From: Cylindrospermopsis raciborskii Cr2010
GTDB taxonomy: Bacteria > Cyanobacteriota > Cyanobacteriia > Cyanobacteriales > Nostocaceae
DNA length: 32,000 bases
Assembly: GCF_003367075.2 (NCBI RefSeq)
Contig: NZ_CP065936.1
Span: forward strand, 1,110,001-1,142,000
Direction: 5' to 3'
A program made the position numbers and the translations under genes. Shown piece by piece: positions 7,409 to 16,673 of the stretch. Below the pieces are notes generated by a model. That model searched no databases. It was not told where the DNA came from and worked only from the letters and a program-made list of their open reading frames with translations. The number at the start of each line of letters is the position of its first letter. Positions within the stretch are counted from its first letter, which is position 1.

Positions 7409-8809
7409 ATGTTTTATACTCATCGACCTAAACTCATATCTTCTGTGGATAATCCCCAGTTCCTCCCTCCTGTTAGTCGTTGGACTTCTTTAGCAGGAAT
7501 ATTCCTAATTGGTACTGTTACTAGTGCTATTGCTCTTGCTTCTTGGGTGAAATATAACGTCACGGTAAAAGTGGATGCTGTGGTTCGTCCTATAGGGGAA
7601 GTTCGTGTAGTTCAACCGGAAGTAGAGGGAACTATTAAAAGTATTTTGGTCAAACCAAATCAAACGGTGAAAATAGGTGATGTAATTGCCTATTTAAATA
7701 CGGATGATTTGCTTATCAAAAAAAGTCAGTTACAAGGTAATATCCAACAGGGTAATTTACAAATATCGCAAGTTTATGCCCAAATTCGTATTTTAGATCG
7801 GCAAATTTTGGCTGAAACTCAAGTTGCTCAAAATGCTATTACTTCCGCAAGGGTGGATTTGTTACGTAATCAAAGGGAATATCAAGAACAGCAGGTTAGC
7901 ACCCAGGGTGAATTTTTAGCCGCTCAAGCTAATTGGCAAAAGGCTAAAGCTTCTTTAGATAAAGCTCGAGCAGATCTGAGTTTTGCCAAAATGGATAAGG
8001 AACGCTATCAGGAACTCTCCCAAATTGGAGCTGTGGGTAGACGGGAATTGGAGCAAAAAGCTTTGACTGTTCAGCAAACACAGTCAATCCTGGATACTGA
8101 AAGGAAATCTCTGGAAATGGCTAAAATTAAGGTTCAGTCAGCTCAAGTTGCTATTAATCCAACCCCAGCAGCAGTGATGATAGCACAGGAACGTATCGCT
8201 CAAGAAACTGCTAGGGGTGTGTCTAATATTGCTAGTCTCAATAAGGAAAAACAAGCTTTAATTGAGCGTCGAGTTCAATTAGAAACTCAGATTAAACAAT
8301 CTATTAAGGAATTAGAGCAGGTAGAAAATCAGATGCGTAAAAGTATGATTTTAGCTACGAGTAATGGTATTATTCTCAAACTCAATTTACGCAATCCGGG
8401 ACAGGTGATCCGTCCCAGTGAATCTATAGCGGAAATTGTACCTGATAGTTCGGATCTGTTAATTAGAGCTTTAATTCCTACTGAGGAAATTCAAAAGGTC
8501 AATATAGGTCAACAAGTTCAGTTACGGGTTGGTGCTTGTCCCTATCCTGATTATGGAACACTCCAGGGAGTGGTTCAAACTATTTCTCCTGATGTGATTA
8601 CCAATCAATCTAATAATCAAGGAACGACTAATAGGATGGGGAATGGTTATTTTGAAGCTACGGTTAAACCAGCAAGTTTACAATTTGGTCATGGTCGACA
8701 TCAATGTTATCTCCAATCGGGAATGGAGGTGAAAGCTGATATTATTTCTAAACAGGAAACTGCTCTGGAATTTATGTTCAGGAAAGCAAGGTTAATTACT
8801 GATTTGTAA
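7409..8809 (+). CDS. HlyD-family secretion adaptor (membrane fusion protein)
   Basis: N-terminal TM, biotinyl-lipoyl-like VRPIGEVRVVQPEVEGTIKSILVKPNQTVKIGDVIAYLNTDDL, long coiled coil, C-terminal beta-barrel; directly downstream of the C39 ABC gene. Confidence 0.93.
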   Translation: MFYTHRPKLISSVDNPQFLPPVSRWTSLAGIFLIGTVTSAIALASWVKYNVTVKVDAVVRPIGEVRVVQPEVEGTIKSILVKPNQTVKIGDVIAYLNTDDLLIKKSQLQGNIQQGNLQISQVYAQIRILDRQILAETQVAQNAITSARVDLLRNQREYQEQQVSTQGEFLAAQANWQKAKASLDKARADLSFAKMDKERYQELSQIGAVGRRELEQKALTVQQTQSILDTERKSLEMAKIKVQSAQVAINPTPAAVMIAQERIAQETARGVSNIASLNKEKQALIERRVQLETQIKQSIKELEQVENQMRKSMILATSNGIILKLNLRNPGQVIRPSESIAEIVPDSSDLLIRALIPTEEIQKVNIGQQVQLRVGACPYPDYGTLQGVVQTISPDVITNQSNNQGTTNRMGNGYFEATVKPASLQFGHGRHQCYLQSGMEVKADIISKQETALEFMFRKARLITDL

Positions 8810-8859
8810 TTTTTGTCAGGTAGGTAATGGACAATAGACTAGAAAAATGGGTGTAGCTC

Positions 8860-9624
8860 ATGGGTCTCAAAAAGGTCAAACTAGCATTAAATTGGTTGTT
8901 CTATAAACAATCTATAAAGTTATATGGGGAATCGGAAAAAATTCGAGATGATCTGTTGCAGGAGTCTTTTACTATCCGTCGCGGTTTGGAAGCATTGAAA
9001 ATTCAACATTGTGATTTATTAAATAACCAAGTAATAGGTTATCCATCCCCAGGTTTTTATCCTATAAATTCTCAATTACTAACTGATTATTTGCCATATA
9101 ATGAATCACTAGACCAATCAACTAACCAATCATTCAATACTTCAATTTCTGAACATATCAACAGGGTAGAAAACTTTCATCACTCCCTGGTTGAGTTAAG
9201 CGATCGCCTGTTTCCAATTTATATTGAAGAGAGTCTACCTTTATCCATTCAGTGTTTGGTAGATTCTTGTTTTCTTGCTCATCCTCACATATCAGTTGAT
9301 TTTGACATGCCTAGTTCTTGGAGGAAGGAGTCAGCACAATTTAGTCTGCTGACTTTAAGAACTCTTCAGGAATTAATGTCTATAACTGTACCAACTTTTT
9401 CCGATCCTCTGTCAATTTATATAAATTTGAAAGACCGGAAAAATATTCGGGAATTAACTCTGGAAATTATTTATCCCGATATTTCTACTTTGTTATTTTA
9501 TTCTGGGTTACCGGAATTAAAATATCTCAGTAGTAGCTGGGAATTTTTAATTTCTGGTAAATGTTTTTATCATATAGTCAATTACAAAGGTAACTACAAA
9601 ATAGCCTGGTTTTTTTGCTGGTGA
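8860..9624 (+). CDS. Degenerate histidine-kinase-like protein (hypothetical)
   Basis: EKIRDDLLQESFTIRRGLEAL..LSDRLFPIYIEESLPLSIQ..LRTLQELM resembles the DHp and start of HATPase in NarL-type kinases; no recognisable D-box glycine motifs. Adjacent to RR and HK. Confidence 0.5.
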   Translation: MGLKKVKLALNWLFYKQSIKLYGESEKIRDDLLQESFTIRRGLEALKIQHCDLLNNQVIGYPSPGFYPINSQLLTDYLPYNESLDQSTNQSFNTSISEHINRVENFHHSLVELSDRLFPIYIEESLPLSIQCLVDSCFLAHPHISVDFDMPSSWRKESAQFSLLTLRTLQELMSITVPTFSDPLSIYINLKDRKNIRELTLEIIYPDISTLLFYSGLPELKYLSSSWEFLISGKCFYHIVNYKGNYKIAWFFCW

Positions 9625-9804
9625 ATTGAGGTAAATCCAGATAAATTAACAGAATCAAAATTCAGATCTTAGCTTTCTGACTAGCAGAATAGGTTCTAAA
9701 TCTTTCTCCACAGTTCAGGAATTTTTCCCATGAGGGGTCAAATACCTCATCCCCAACTAAACAGAATCCATACAATTTATTAGGTAAAGGTTCACCATTT
9801 CTTA

Positions 9805-10524
9805 ATGTTGAGAATGCAACATCAAATGCAACATTTATCACCTAATCAGTTAACTGACTCATCCACTAATAAACTGCTGAAGATCTTAGTTATTGATGAC
9901 CACGAATCGGTTCTCAACGGGACGATTTACATTTTGCAAAAAAACTATCCCAGTGCTGAATTTATAACTGCAACGGATGTGCAAACAACTGTGGAACAGG
10001 TAACTAATAGACAACCAGATCTCATAGTTATGGATCTTTCCATACCTGAGAAACAGGGAATGACTGCTCGCACTGATAATGGTATTCAACTACTAAAGAC
10101 CTTGATGAAACAACATCCCCATCTGAATATTGTTGTTCAAAGTGCCCACAGCAAAACCCTAGTGCGAATTCGGTTAGATATTGAGAGTCATCAAGGAGGT
10201 TTTACCATTGCTAATAAAAGTGTTTCTATTCAGGATATGTTGACCAGGGTTGATTGGGCATTACAAGGACTAACTCATACTAAGGATATTAAGGGAATTA
10301 ACTCGGGAACGGAGGTAAAACCAGAGTGGTTAAAAGTTTTATATTTAGCTTTTGAACGGGGATTACAAGATAAAGCCATTGCTCAAGAAATGTGTGTGTC
10401 TGAACGAATGGTACGTCATTATTGGAATAAGTTACAAGATGCTCTCAATGTCTATCCAGAAGTCGGTAAAAATATTCGTATTCAAACGGAGAAACAAGCT
10501 AGGGAGGAAGGACTGATTGATTAG
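9805..10524 (+). CDS. Two-component response regulator, receiver plus HTH (NarL/LuxR-like)
   Basis: Receiver ILVIDDHESVL..DLIVMDLSIPE; C-terminal LYLAFERGLQDKAIAQEMCVSERMVRHYWNKLQDAL (HTH_LuxR-like). Confidence 0.85.
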   Translation: MLRMQHQMQHLSPNQLTDSSTNKLLKILVIDDHESVLNGTIYILQKNYPSAEFITATDVQTTVEQVTNRQPDLIVMDLSIPEKQGMTARTDNGIQLLKTLMKQHPHLNIVVQSAHSKTLVRIRLDIESHQGGFTIANKSVSIQDMLTRVDWALQGLTHTKDIKGINSGTEVKPEWLKVLYLAFERGLQDKAIAQEMCVSERMVRHYWNKLQDALNVYPEVGKNIRIQTEKQAREEGLID

Positions 10525-10577
10525 TCGATAACAGGAAGTGGGGAAGAAAAAACCGACTATGATCAAGGGCTAAAATT

Positions 10578-11522
10578 ATGCAGTCTAAACCTTGGAAAAA
10601 GATTAGGGCATTTTTACCAATCAATCATTTATCAAACTATATATCTAACATTTACCAAAAACAGATTCTCAGTTATTTGGCAATTTTTAATTTACTGAGT
10701 ATTACTTATCTAATAGTAAATTGGCATTATTTAAACTCTCCTGTTTTGGCAGTTTATATTATTATTGCCAATCTTCTGGAATTGATAATACTACAGCACA
10801 AAGATAAAAACCTAAAATCAGAAGTTAAATCCAGACAAACAATCATTGAGATTATTTTTGAAACCATCCATAATGGTCCCCTACAAACCCTAGATAGAAT
10901 TTTAAGAATACTCAATCAAGTCAATCAGCAAGAATTCTCCCCACATACATTAATGAAAACCACAATTCCAGAATTAACCACAGAACTGGAAAAATTAAAC
11001 CAAGAACTCAGAGGAATCTATGAATTTTGGCACCGAGAAACTATCTCTCCACACGCTAACCTCTACCTAGATAAAAATCTAGTCATTAATTTAGAAGCTC
11101 CCCTACCAGAAATCCTCTATCAGGTCTATACCCATACCCTAGAACGAAATTTCTCCTGTTTTCAAACTATCAAATTAAAAGTCCGCAGTTTTGACCCACT
11201 GGATGAAACTGGGTTAACCCTGGAACATAAACGGGGAATTTGTCGTTTCTTGGAAGAATCACTATGTAATGTGGGTAAATATGCAAATGGAGTAACCTGT
11301 CTTCAAGTTACTGGTCTCTCATCTATGGGTTGGTACACACTTAGTATTGTCGATGATGGTTTAGGTGTGAACTCATGTAAAGAAGGAGAGGGGACAAAGC
11401 AGTTCAAATATTTAGCTCAACAAATTCAAGGTAAATTTCAGAGAATTCCCCAACATCCCCAAGGAACTATTTGTGAATTATCCTGGCCCACAAGTTCTGT
11501 GGTTGGGAGTCATCAAACTTAG
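10578..11522 (+). CDS. Sensor histidine kinase (HisKA_3/NarX-like) with two N-terminal TM segments
   Basis: TM segments near residues 30-80; EIIFETIHNGPLQTLDRILR (HisKA_3 H-box); CRFLEESLCNVGKYANGVT..LSIVDDGLGV (HATPase). Confidence 0.8.
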   Translation: MQSKPWKKIRAFLPINHLSNYISNIYQKQILSYLAIFNLLSITYLIVNWHYLNSPVLAVYIIIANLLELIILQHKDKNLKSEVKSRQTIIEIIFETIHNGPLQTLDRILRILNQVNQQEFSPHTLMKTTIPELTTELEKLNQELRGIYEFWHRETISPHANLYLDKNLVINLEAPLPEILYQVYTHTLERNFSCFQTIKLKVRSFDPLDETGLTLEHKRGICRFLEESLCNVGKYANGVTCLQVTGLSSMGWYTLSIVDDGLGVNSCKEGEGTKQFKYLAQQIQGKFQRIPQHPQGTICELSWPTSSVVGSHQT

Positions 11523-11584
11523 CTATATTGAGAATATAATAGCTGAGTGTAGAACTTTGACTCAAAGGAAGGCTAAAAAACACT

Positions 11585-12541
11585 GTGCAGATCACATTTT
11601 TAGGGACAAGTTCTGGTGTACCCACAAGATCACGTAATGTTTCCAGTGTCGCGCTGAGACTACCTCAACGCGCAGAACTCTGGTTATTTGACTGTGGTGA
11701 AGGTACACAACATCAAATTTTGCGCAGTGACCTGAAAATTAGTCAACTGTCACGCATTTTTATCACCCATCTCCATGGTGACCACATTTTTGGCTTGATG
11801 GGACTTTTAGCTAGTTGTGGTTTAGCTGGTAATGTGGAACGGGTTGATATCTATGGACCTGCTGGATTAAATGAGTACCTGCAAGGTGCTTCACGTTATT
11901 CCCACACCCATTTTTCCTATCCTATCAAAGTCCATACTGTTCAACCTGGTGTGATTTACGAAGATGAGGAATTTACTGTCACTTGTGGAATGCTCCATCA
12001 CCGCATTACTGCTTTTGGTTATCGTGTAATGGAAAAAAACAGATATGGGCGGTTTGATGTGGAACAAGCCAAAGCCCTACAAATACCTTCTGGACCAATT
12101 TATGGAAAACTTAAACGGGGGGAAACTGTCAAATTGGAAGATGGTCGAATCATTAATGGTAAGGAATTATGTGGTCCAACGGAAATTGGACGTAAGTTTG
12201 CCTATTGTACAGATACTGTTTATTGTGATGGTGCGGTTAAATTAGCTGAGGATGCGGATGTATTAATTCATGAAGCTACTTTTGCCCATCAAGATGCGGA
12301 AATGGCTTTCCAAAGACTACATTCTACCAGTACAATGGCAGCACAAACAGCTTATGTGGCTGGAGTAAATCAACTGATTATGACCCATTTTAGTCCCAGA
12401 TATACTCCGGGAAATGACATTGAGTTGAAAGATTTACTTAAAGAAGCTCGTGCAATTTTTCCTAATACCATCATGGCTCATGATTTTATGGTTTATGACA
12501 TACCCAGAAGAAGGGAAAAGGGATCTGGGGATCCTGATTAA
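11585..12541 (+). CDS. rnz: Ribonuclease Z (tRNA 3'-processing endonuclease)
   Basis: [60 protein letters not shown]. Confidence 0.97.
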   Translation: MQITFLGTSSGVPTRSRNVSSVALRLPQRAELWLFDCGEGTQHQILRSDLKISQLSRIFITHLHGDHIFGLMGLLASCGLAGNVERVDIYGPAGLNEYLQGASRYSHTHFSYPIKVHTVQPGVIYEDEEFTVTCGMLHHRITAFGYRVMEKNRYGRFDVEQAKALQIPSGPIYGKLKRGETVKLEDGRIINGKELCGPTEIGRKFAYCTDTVYCDGAVKLAEDADVLIHEATFAHQDAEMAFQRLHSTSTMAAQTAYVAGVNQLIMTHFSPRYTPGNDIELKDLLKEARAIFPNTIMAHDFMVYDIPRRREKGSGDPD

Positions 12542-12562
12542 GCTTCTGGCTTTTAATCCCTC

Positions 12563-13246
12563 TTAAGGGTTATTTTTAGCGTAAACTAAAAGAGTTTTGA
12601 ATTCTTCAACTAGGTGAATTTTTCCTTGTGCTGTAAAGGATTTGATGATTTCCTCCGCTTTACTATAACCGACGGATTTGGTGTAGAAGAGAATTTTTCC
12701 ATTAGGATTCATTTTTCTGAGGAATAAATCCACCATGGATTCATCATTGTGATGAATAAAGGGAGCATCTTCAGGAAGATAAAATTCACCAATATGAAAG
12801 AGTGCTACCACATCTAACATGGGTAGGGAACGGTCATTAAGAGTGTAGATATCTGTGCACAGTACCTTATAGAATTTAGCCAAATGGCGGTTTTTACGAC
12901 ACATTTCTACGTATGCTTCATGTTCGGGAATTGAAGCAGTAATGCCAATAATTTCATTAGGTTTTGCTAACTTTTGATTTTCTAATCCCAGTATATGATG
13001 AGATCCCGTACCAAAATGAAAAATTGTTTGATCCTGAATATCATCCTTTTGTAGATACTCAATTAGTTCCAGATCACATGGACACAAATGAGGTTGCAAC
13101 CCCCAGGAAGATTTGATGCGATAGAAGTCATTGCCAACCCAATGTGGTAAAACAGGTTGGGTTAAACTTAGGGAGTAGTATAACTGTGCCAGTTGTCGGT
13201 TTTTAAAAACAAGATCACGAACTGTTTTTCTTACGGAAGCAACCAT
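12563..13246 (-). CDS. Hypothetical protein with SAM-methyltransferase-like Rossmann pattern
   Basis: DQTIFHFGTGSHHILGLE..GITASIPEHEAYV..MLDVVALFHIGEFYL; coherent 227 aa ORF. Confidence 0.65.
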   Translation of the reverse strand: MVASVRKTVRDLVFKNRQLAQLYYSLSLTQPVLPHWVGNDFYRIKSSWGLQPHLCPCDLELIEYLQKDDIQDQTIFHFGTGSHHILGLENQKLAKPNEIIGITASIPEHEAYVEMCRKNRHLAKFYKVLCTDIYTLNDRSLPMLDVVALFHIGEFYLPEDAPFIHHNDESMVDLFLRKMNPNGKILFYTKSVGYSKAEEIIKSFTAQGKIHLVEEFKTLLVYAKNNP

Positions 13247-13285
13247 CTGTTAAACCTCACTATTTTTTGAACGCAAGAATGAAGT

Positions 13286-13320
13286 GCTTCTACCAAAAGT
13301 CTCTAAGACCTGGTAGAAGC
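13286..13320. terminator. Perfect 10-bp stem-loop in the intergenic region
   Basis: GCTTCTACCA..TGGTAGAAGC with 15-nt loop. Confidence 0.5.
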
Positions 13321-13450
13321 TCAATTACTCAGGAGCAAGTGTAGATATCACCGATGATCTGGTTAGCTGATTTCGTATTTTATTTATCCTAATGCTGCTT
13401 AGCTTAACATAGGAAAAATGCTCAAGCATGAAGATTTTGTGAATTTAGTA

Positions 13451-13870
13451 TTATAAGTTGTTAAATGTTTTCCTCAGACCTTGGGCTATTTGTTCCAAAA
13501 TTCGACTGGGTAAAAAGTGGCGATCGCCTAAAACAATTGGCAATCCGCGATCGCCACTCTCACAAATACGCTGATGAATGGGAATTTGTCCCAGTAAAGG
13601 TGCTTCTAGTTCTTCTGACAAGAGTTTACCACCGTCTTTCCCAAAGATGTATTGGGGAGCTTGGAAACTGTCTACATTTTCATTTAGTAAATAGCTCATG
13701 TTCTCAATAATCCCCAAAACAGGCACACCTACCTGACGAAACATGTATACACTCCGTCGCACATCCGCGATCGCCACTTGTTGGGGAGTTGTTACCAGAA
13801 TCACTCCACAAATGGGACTTTCTTGAACGATTGTAATCTGGGCGTCACCTACATCCCGTAGATAATCCAA
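13451..13870 (-). pseudogene. mrp: Truncated Mrp/ApbC (P-loop Fe-S carrier ATPase), C-terminal part only
   Basis: LDYLRDVGDAQITIVQESPICGVILVTTPQQVAIADVRRSVYMFRQVGVPVLGIIENMSYL..GQIPIHQRICESGDRGLPI matches the Mrp C-terminus. Walker A N-terminal half is absent, the expected LPPGTG stretch before GDAQ is replaced by RDV, and an in-frame TAA lies just upstream. Confidence 0.85.
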
Positions 13871-13914
13871 ATTACTTAAGATTTAAGATCAGTTAAATAT
13901 TTAAAGAAGTAAAC

Positions 13915-14952
13915 ATGAATTACTGTTTCAATCCCCACTGTGATCAACCCGCAAACCCAGAAGGTGTTAATTGTTGCCTAAATTGTGGTGCCAATCTACT
14001 TCTAAAAGAGCGCTATCGCTCAATTAAACTCATTGGACAAGGAGGATTTGGTAGAACCTTTTTAGCAGTGGATGAGGATAAACCTTCAAAACCATTTTGC
14101 GTAATTAAACAATTCTATACTCAATCATCAGGCAAGGACACACTCCAAAAAGCAATACAATTGTTCAATCAGGAGGCTATTCGCTTAGATGAACTAGGTA
14201 CCCATCCTCAAATCCCAGAACTGTTGGCTTATTGCACTCAGGAGGATCGACAATATTTAGTTCAGGAATTTATTAACGGGTTGAATTTAGCACAGGAACT
14301 GGTGCAAAATGGTGCATTTACAGAAGACAAAATTCGACAATTACTCATTGATTTATTACCGGTTTTGCAATTTTGCCATCACCACCAGGTAATTCATCGA
14401 GATATTAAACCGGAAAATATTATTCGTCGCACTAGTGATAACAAACTAGTTATAGTTGATTTTGGAGCAGCAAAATCAACCACAGAAGAAACCAGAAATC
14501 GTACAGGAACGAGCATTGGCACTCCTGAATATGTGGCACCAGAACAAATGCGCGGAAAAGCAATATTTGCCAGCGACATTTATGGACTGGGCGTGACCTG
14601 TATTAACCTGTTAACCAGGCGATCGCCTTTTGACTGTTATTATAGTCATGAAGCTACATGGATATGGAGAAAGTTTTTAAAAACCCCCATAACTGATGAT
14701 TTAGGGCAAATAATAGATAAAATGATAGCCATCATTCCCAGTCAACGCTATCAAACCGTTACAGATGTAATAGAAGATTTAAAATTACAGTCTATTTCAA
14801 CACCCAGCTCTATTTCTATCAAAAATACTGTCAATATTCCCACCACTATAATTAGTCCACCAAAACCACCCACATCCAATCAACCCCATATTCCAGATGT
14901 CATAGATCAAGAACTAGCAGAAATAAAATCTAAGTTCCTAGATAATGGTTAA
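13915..14952 (+). CDS. Serine/threonine protein kinase with N-terminal 4-Cys zinc-ribbon-like segment
   Basis: CFNPHCDQPANPEGVNCCLNCG; IGQGGFGRTFLAVD, CVIKQF, VIHRDIKPENI, IVDFGAAK, GTPEYVAPEQ. Confidence 0.95.
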   Translation: MNYCFNPHCDQPANPEGVNCCLNCGANLLLKERYRSIKLIGQGGFGRTFLAVDEDKPSKPFCVIKQFYTQSSGKDTLQKAIQLFNQEAIRLDELGTHPQIPELLAYCTQEDRQYLVQEFINGLNLAQELVQNGAFTEDKIRQLLIDLLPVLQFCHHHQVIHRDIKPENIIRRTSDNKLVIVDFGAAKSTTEETRNRTGTSIGTPEYVAPEQMRGKAIFASDIYGLGVTCINLLTRRSPFDCYYSHEATWIWRKFLKTPITDDLGQIIDKMIAIIPSQRYQTVTDVIEDLKLQSISTPSSISIKNTVNIPTTIISPPKPPTSNQPHIPDVIDQELAEIKSKFLDNG

Positions 14953-14982
14953 TAATCAACATGGGAAAAATCCTATAAAAAA

Positions 14983-15002
14983 GGGCGGGTTTTTCACCGC
15001 CC
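14983..15002. terminator. Bidirectional stem-loop between convergent genes
   Basis: GGGCGG-GTTTTTCA-CCGCCC flanked by A-rich/T-rich sequence. Confidence 0.65.
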
Positions 15003-15047
15003 ACAAAACTTTAGAAATGCTCAAAATCAAAGTCAACTTCCCAAGAA

Positions 15048-16478
15048 TTACTTCTTAGCTTCAGCAATAGGAACCCACTCAGTATGGAAAGTTCCTTCTA
15101 TATCAACCCGTTTGTAAGTATGAGCGCCAAAATAATCCCGTTGAGCTTGGGTTAAGTTTTGAGGTAATCTCTCCCGACGGTAGCTATCAAAATAATCCAG
15201 AGAAGCACTAAAAGCAGGAACAGGAATACCCGTCTTAGCAGCTGTGACAATAATTTCCCGCCATGCAGACTGTCTATCCAGAATTGTTTGCTTAAATTCA
15301 GGTGCTAACAACAAGTTAGGTAATGCGGGATTTTCGTCAAATGCTTTCTTAATCTTATTCAAGAAACCAGCACGAATAATACAACCACCTTTCCAAATTC
15401 GAGCCATTTCACCCAAATTCAGACCCCAATTATAGGTCTTAGAAGCAGTGGAAATTAATGCCATACCCTGAGCATAAGAACAAATTTTAGAACAATAAAG
15501 TGCATCCCGCACCATGTTCACAAAGGTTCTCGTGTCTTTAAATTGAGTGGGAACAGGACCTGTTAATTGTTTAGATGCAGCAATTCTCTCCTCCCTAATA
15601 GAGGAAATAATTCGAGAATTCACCGCAGCAGTAATTGTAGGAATAGCAACCCCTAACTCTAAAGCAGTTTGCACGGTCCAACGACCAGTACCTTTTTGCC
15701 CTGCAGCATCAACAATTAAATCTACTAAGGGTTGTTTAGTCCCAGGATCAACGTAGGGGAAAATATTGGCTGTAATCTCAATCAAAAATGAGTTCAGCTC
15801 GTCTGTTTGATTCCACTCTGTAAATACCTGATGCAGTTGGGTAGCATCTAGTCCACCAACGTTCTTGAGTAAATCATAAGCCTCTGCAATTAACTGCATG
15901 TCGCCATACTCAATCCCATTATGAACCATTTTCACGTAGTGACCAGAACCACCGGGCCCAATATAAGTCACACAGGGACCATCATCAACTTGTGCAGCGA
16001 TTCTGTTAAAAATTGGTGAGAGATACTCATAAGAACTTTTTGTACCACCTGGCATGAGTGAGGGACCATTCAATGCTCCCTCTTCACCACCACTTACACC
16101 CATACCAATGTAGCGTAAACCAGTGGGTTCTAATTCTTGGGTACGTCTTTCCGTATCTTCAAACCAAGAGTTACCACCATCAATAATGATGTCTCCTTCT
16201 TGAAGTAATGGTTTCAGCTGTTGAATAACTGCATCAACAGGTTTGCCAGCTTGTACCATTACTAAGATTTTACGAGGACGTTCCAGTGAAGCAACAAATT
16301 CTTCTAGGGTAAAGGCTGCCTTAACGTTTCTGCCACCAGCTCGGTTTGACATAAACGCATCTGTTTTTTCTCTAGATCTGTTGTAAACTGCAATTGGAAA
16401 GCCATTACGCTCGACATTGAGGGCAATATTTTCGCCCATAACGGCTAATCCAATTACGCCAAAGCTTTGTAGTGTCAT
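15048..16478 (-). CDS. gnd: 6-phosphogluconate dehydrogenase (decarboxylating)
   Basis: FGVIGLAVMGENIALNVERNGF, IIDGGNSWFEDTERR, YIGPGGSGHYVKMVHNGIEYGDMQ. Confidence 0.98.
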   Translation of the reverse strand: MTLQSFGVIGLAVMGENIALNVERNGFPIAVYNRSREKTDAFMSNRAGGRNVKAAFTLEEFVASLERPRKILVMVQAGKPVDAVIQQLKPLLQEGDIIIDGGNSWFEDTERRTQELEPTGLRYIGMGVSGGEEGALNGPSLMPGGTKSSYEYLSPIFNRIAAQVDDGPCVTYIGPGGSGHYVKMVHNGIEYGDMQLIAEAYDLLKNVGGLDATQLHQVFTEWNQTDELNSFLIEITANIFPYVDPGTKQPLVDLIVDAAGQKGTGRWTVQTALELGVAIPTITAAVNSRIISSIREERIAASKQLTGPVPTQFKDTRTFVNMVRDALYCSKICSYAQGMALISTASKTYNWGLNLGEMARIWKGGCIIRAGFLNKIKKAFDENPALPNLLLAPEFKQTILDRQSAWREIIVTAAKTGIPVPAFSASLDYFDSYRRERLPQNLTQAQRDYFGAHTYKRVDIEGTFHTEWVPIAEAKK

Positions 16479-16673
16479 AGTTGTTTTTGGGTTTGGCTAA
16501 CTCTTGCAGATGCTTTCATCTTTAAGGGTAATCCGAGATTTTCGGTTCACTTCTAAAGAAGACATTAAGAGTTGATGTGTAAGACAATAAACCATAACTA
16601 CTAAACTCTAGAATCTGATTTTGATTTGTATTTTCCCGAACAGATAAAACTTATAGGACAGGAGTTGCAAAAT

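Noticed and set aside
9886-10089. 67-aa antisense ORF in the response regulator
   Set aside because: Shadow ORF opposite a clear receiver domain.
12045-12245. 66-aa ORF inside rnz
   Set aside because: Alternative frame within conserved RNase Z coding sequence.
13465-13710. 81-aa plus-strand ORF opposite the mrp relic
   Set aside because: Antisense of recognisable Mrp sequence; no independent support.
15244-15756. Plus-strand ORFs inside gnd
   Set aside because: Shadow ORFs opposite highly conserved 6-phosphogluconate dehydrogenase.
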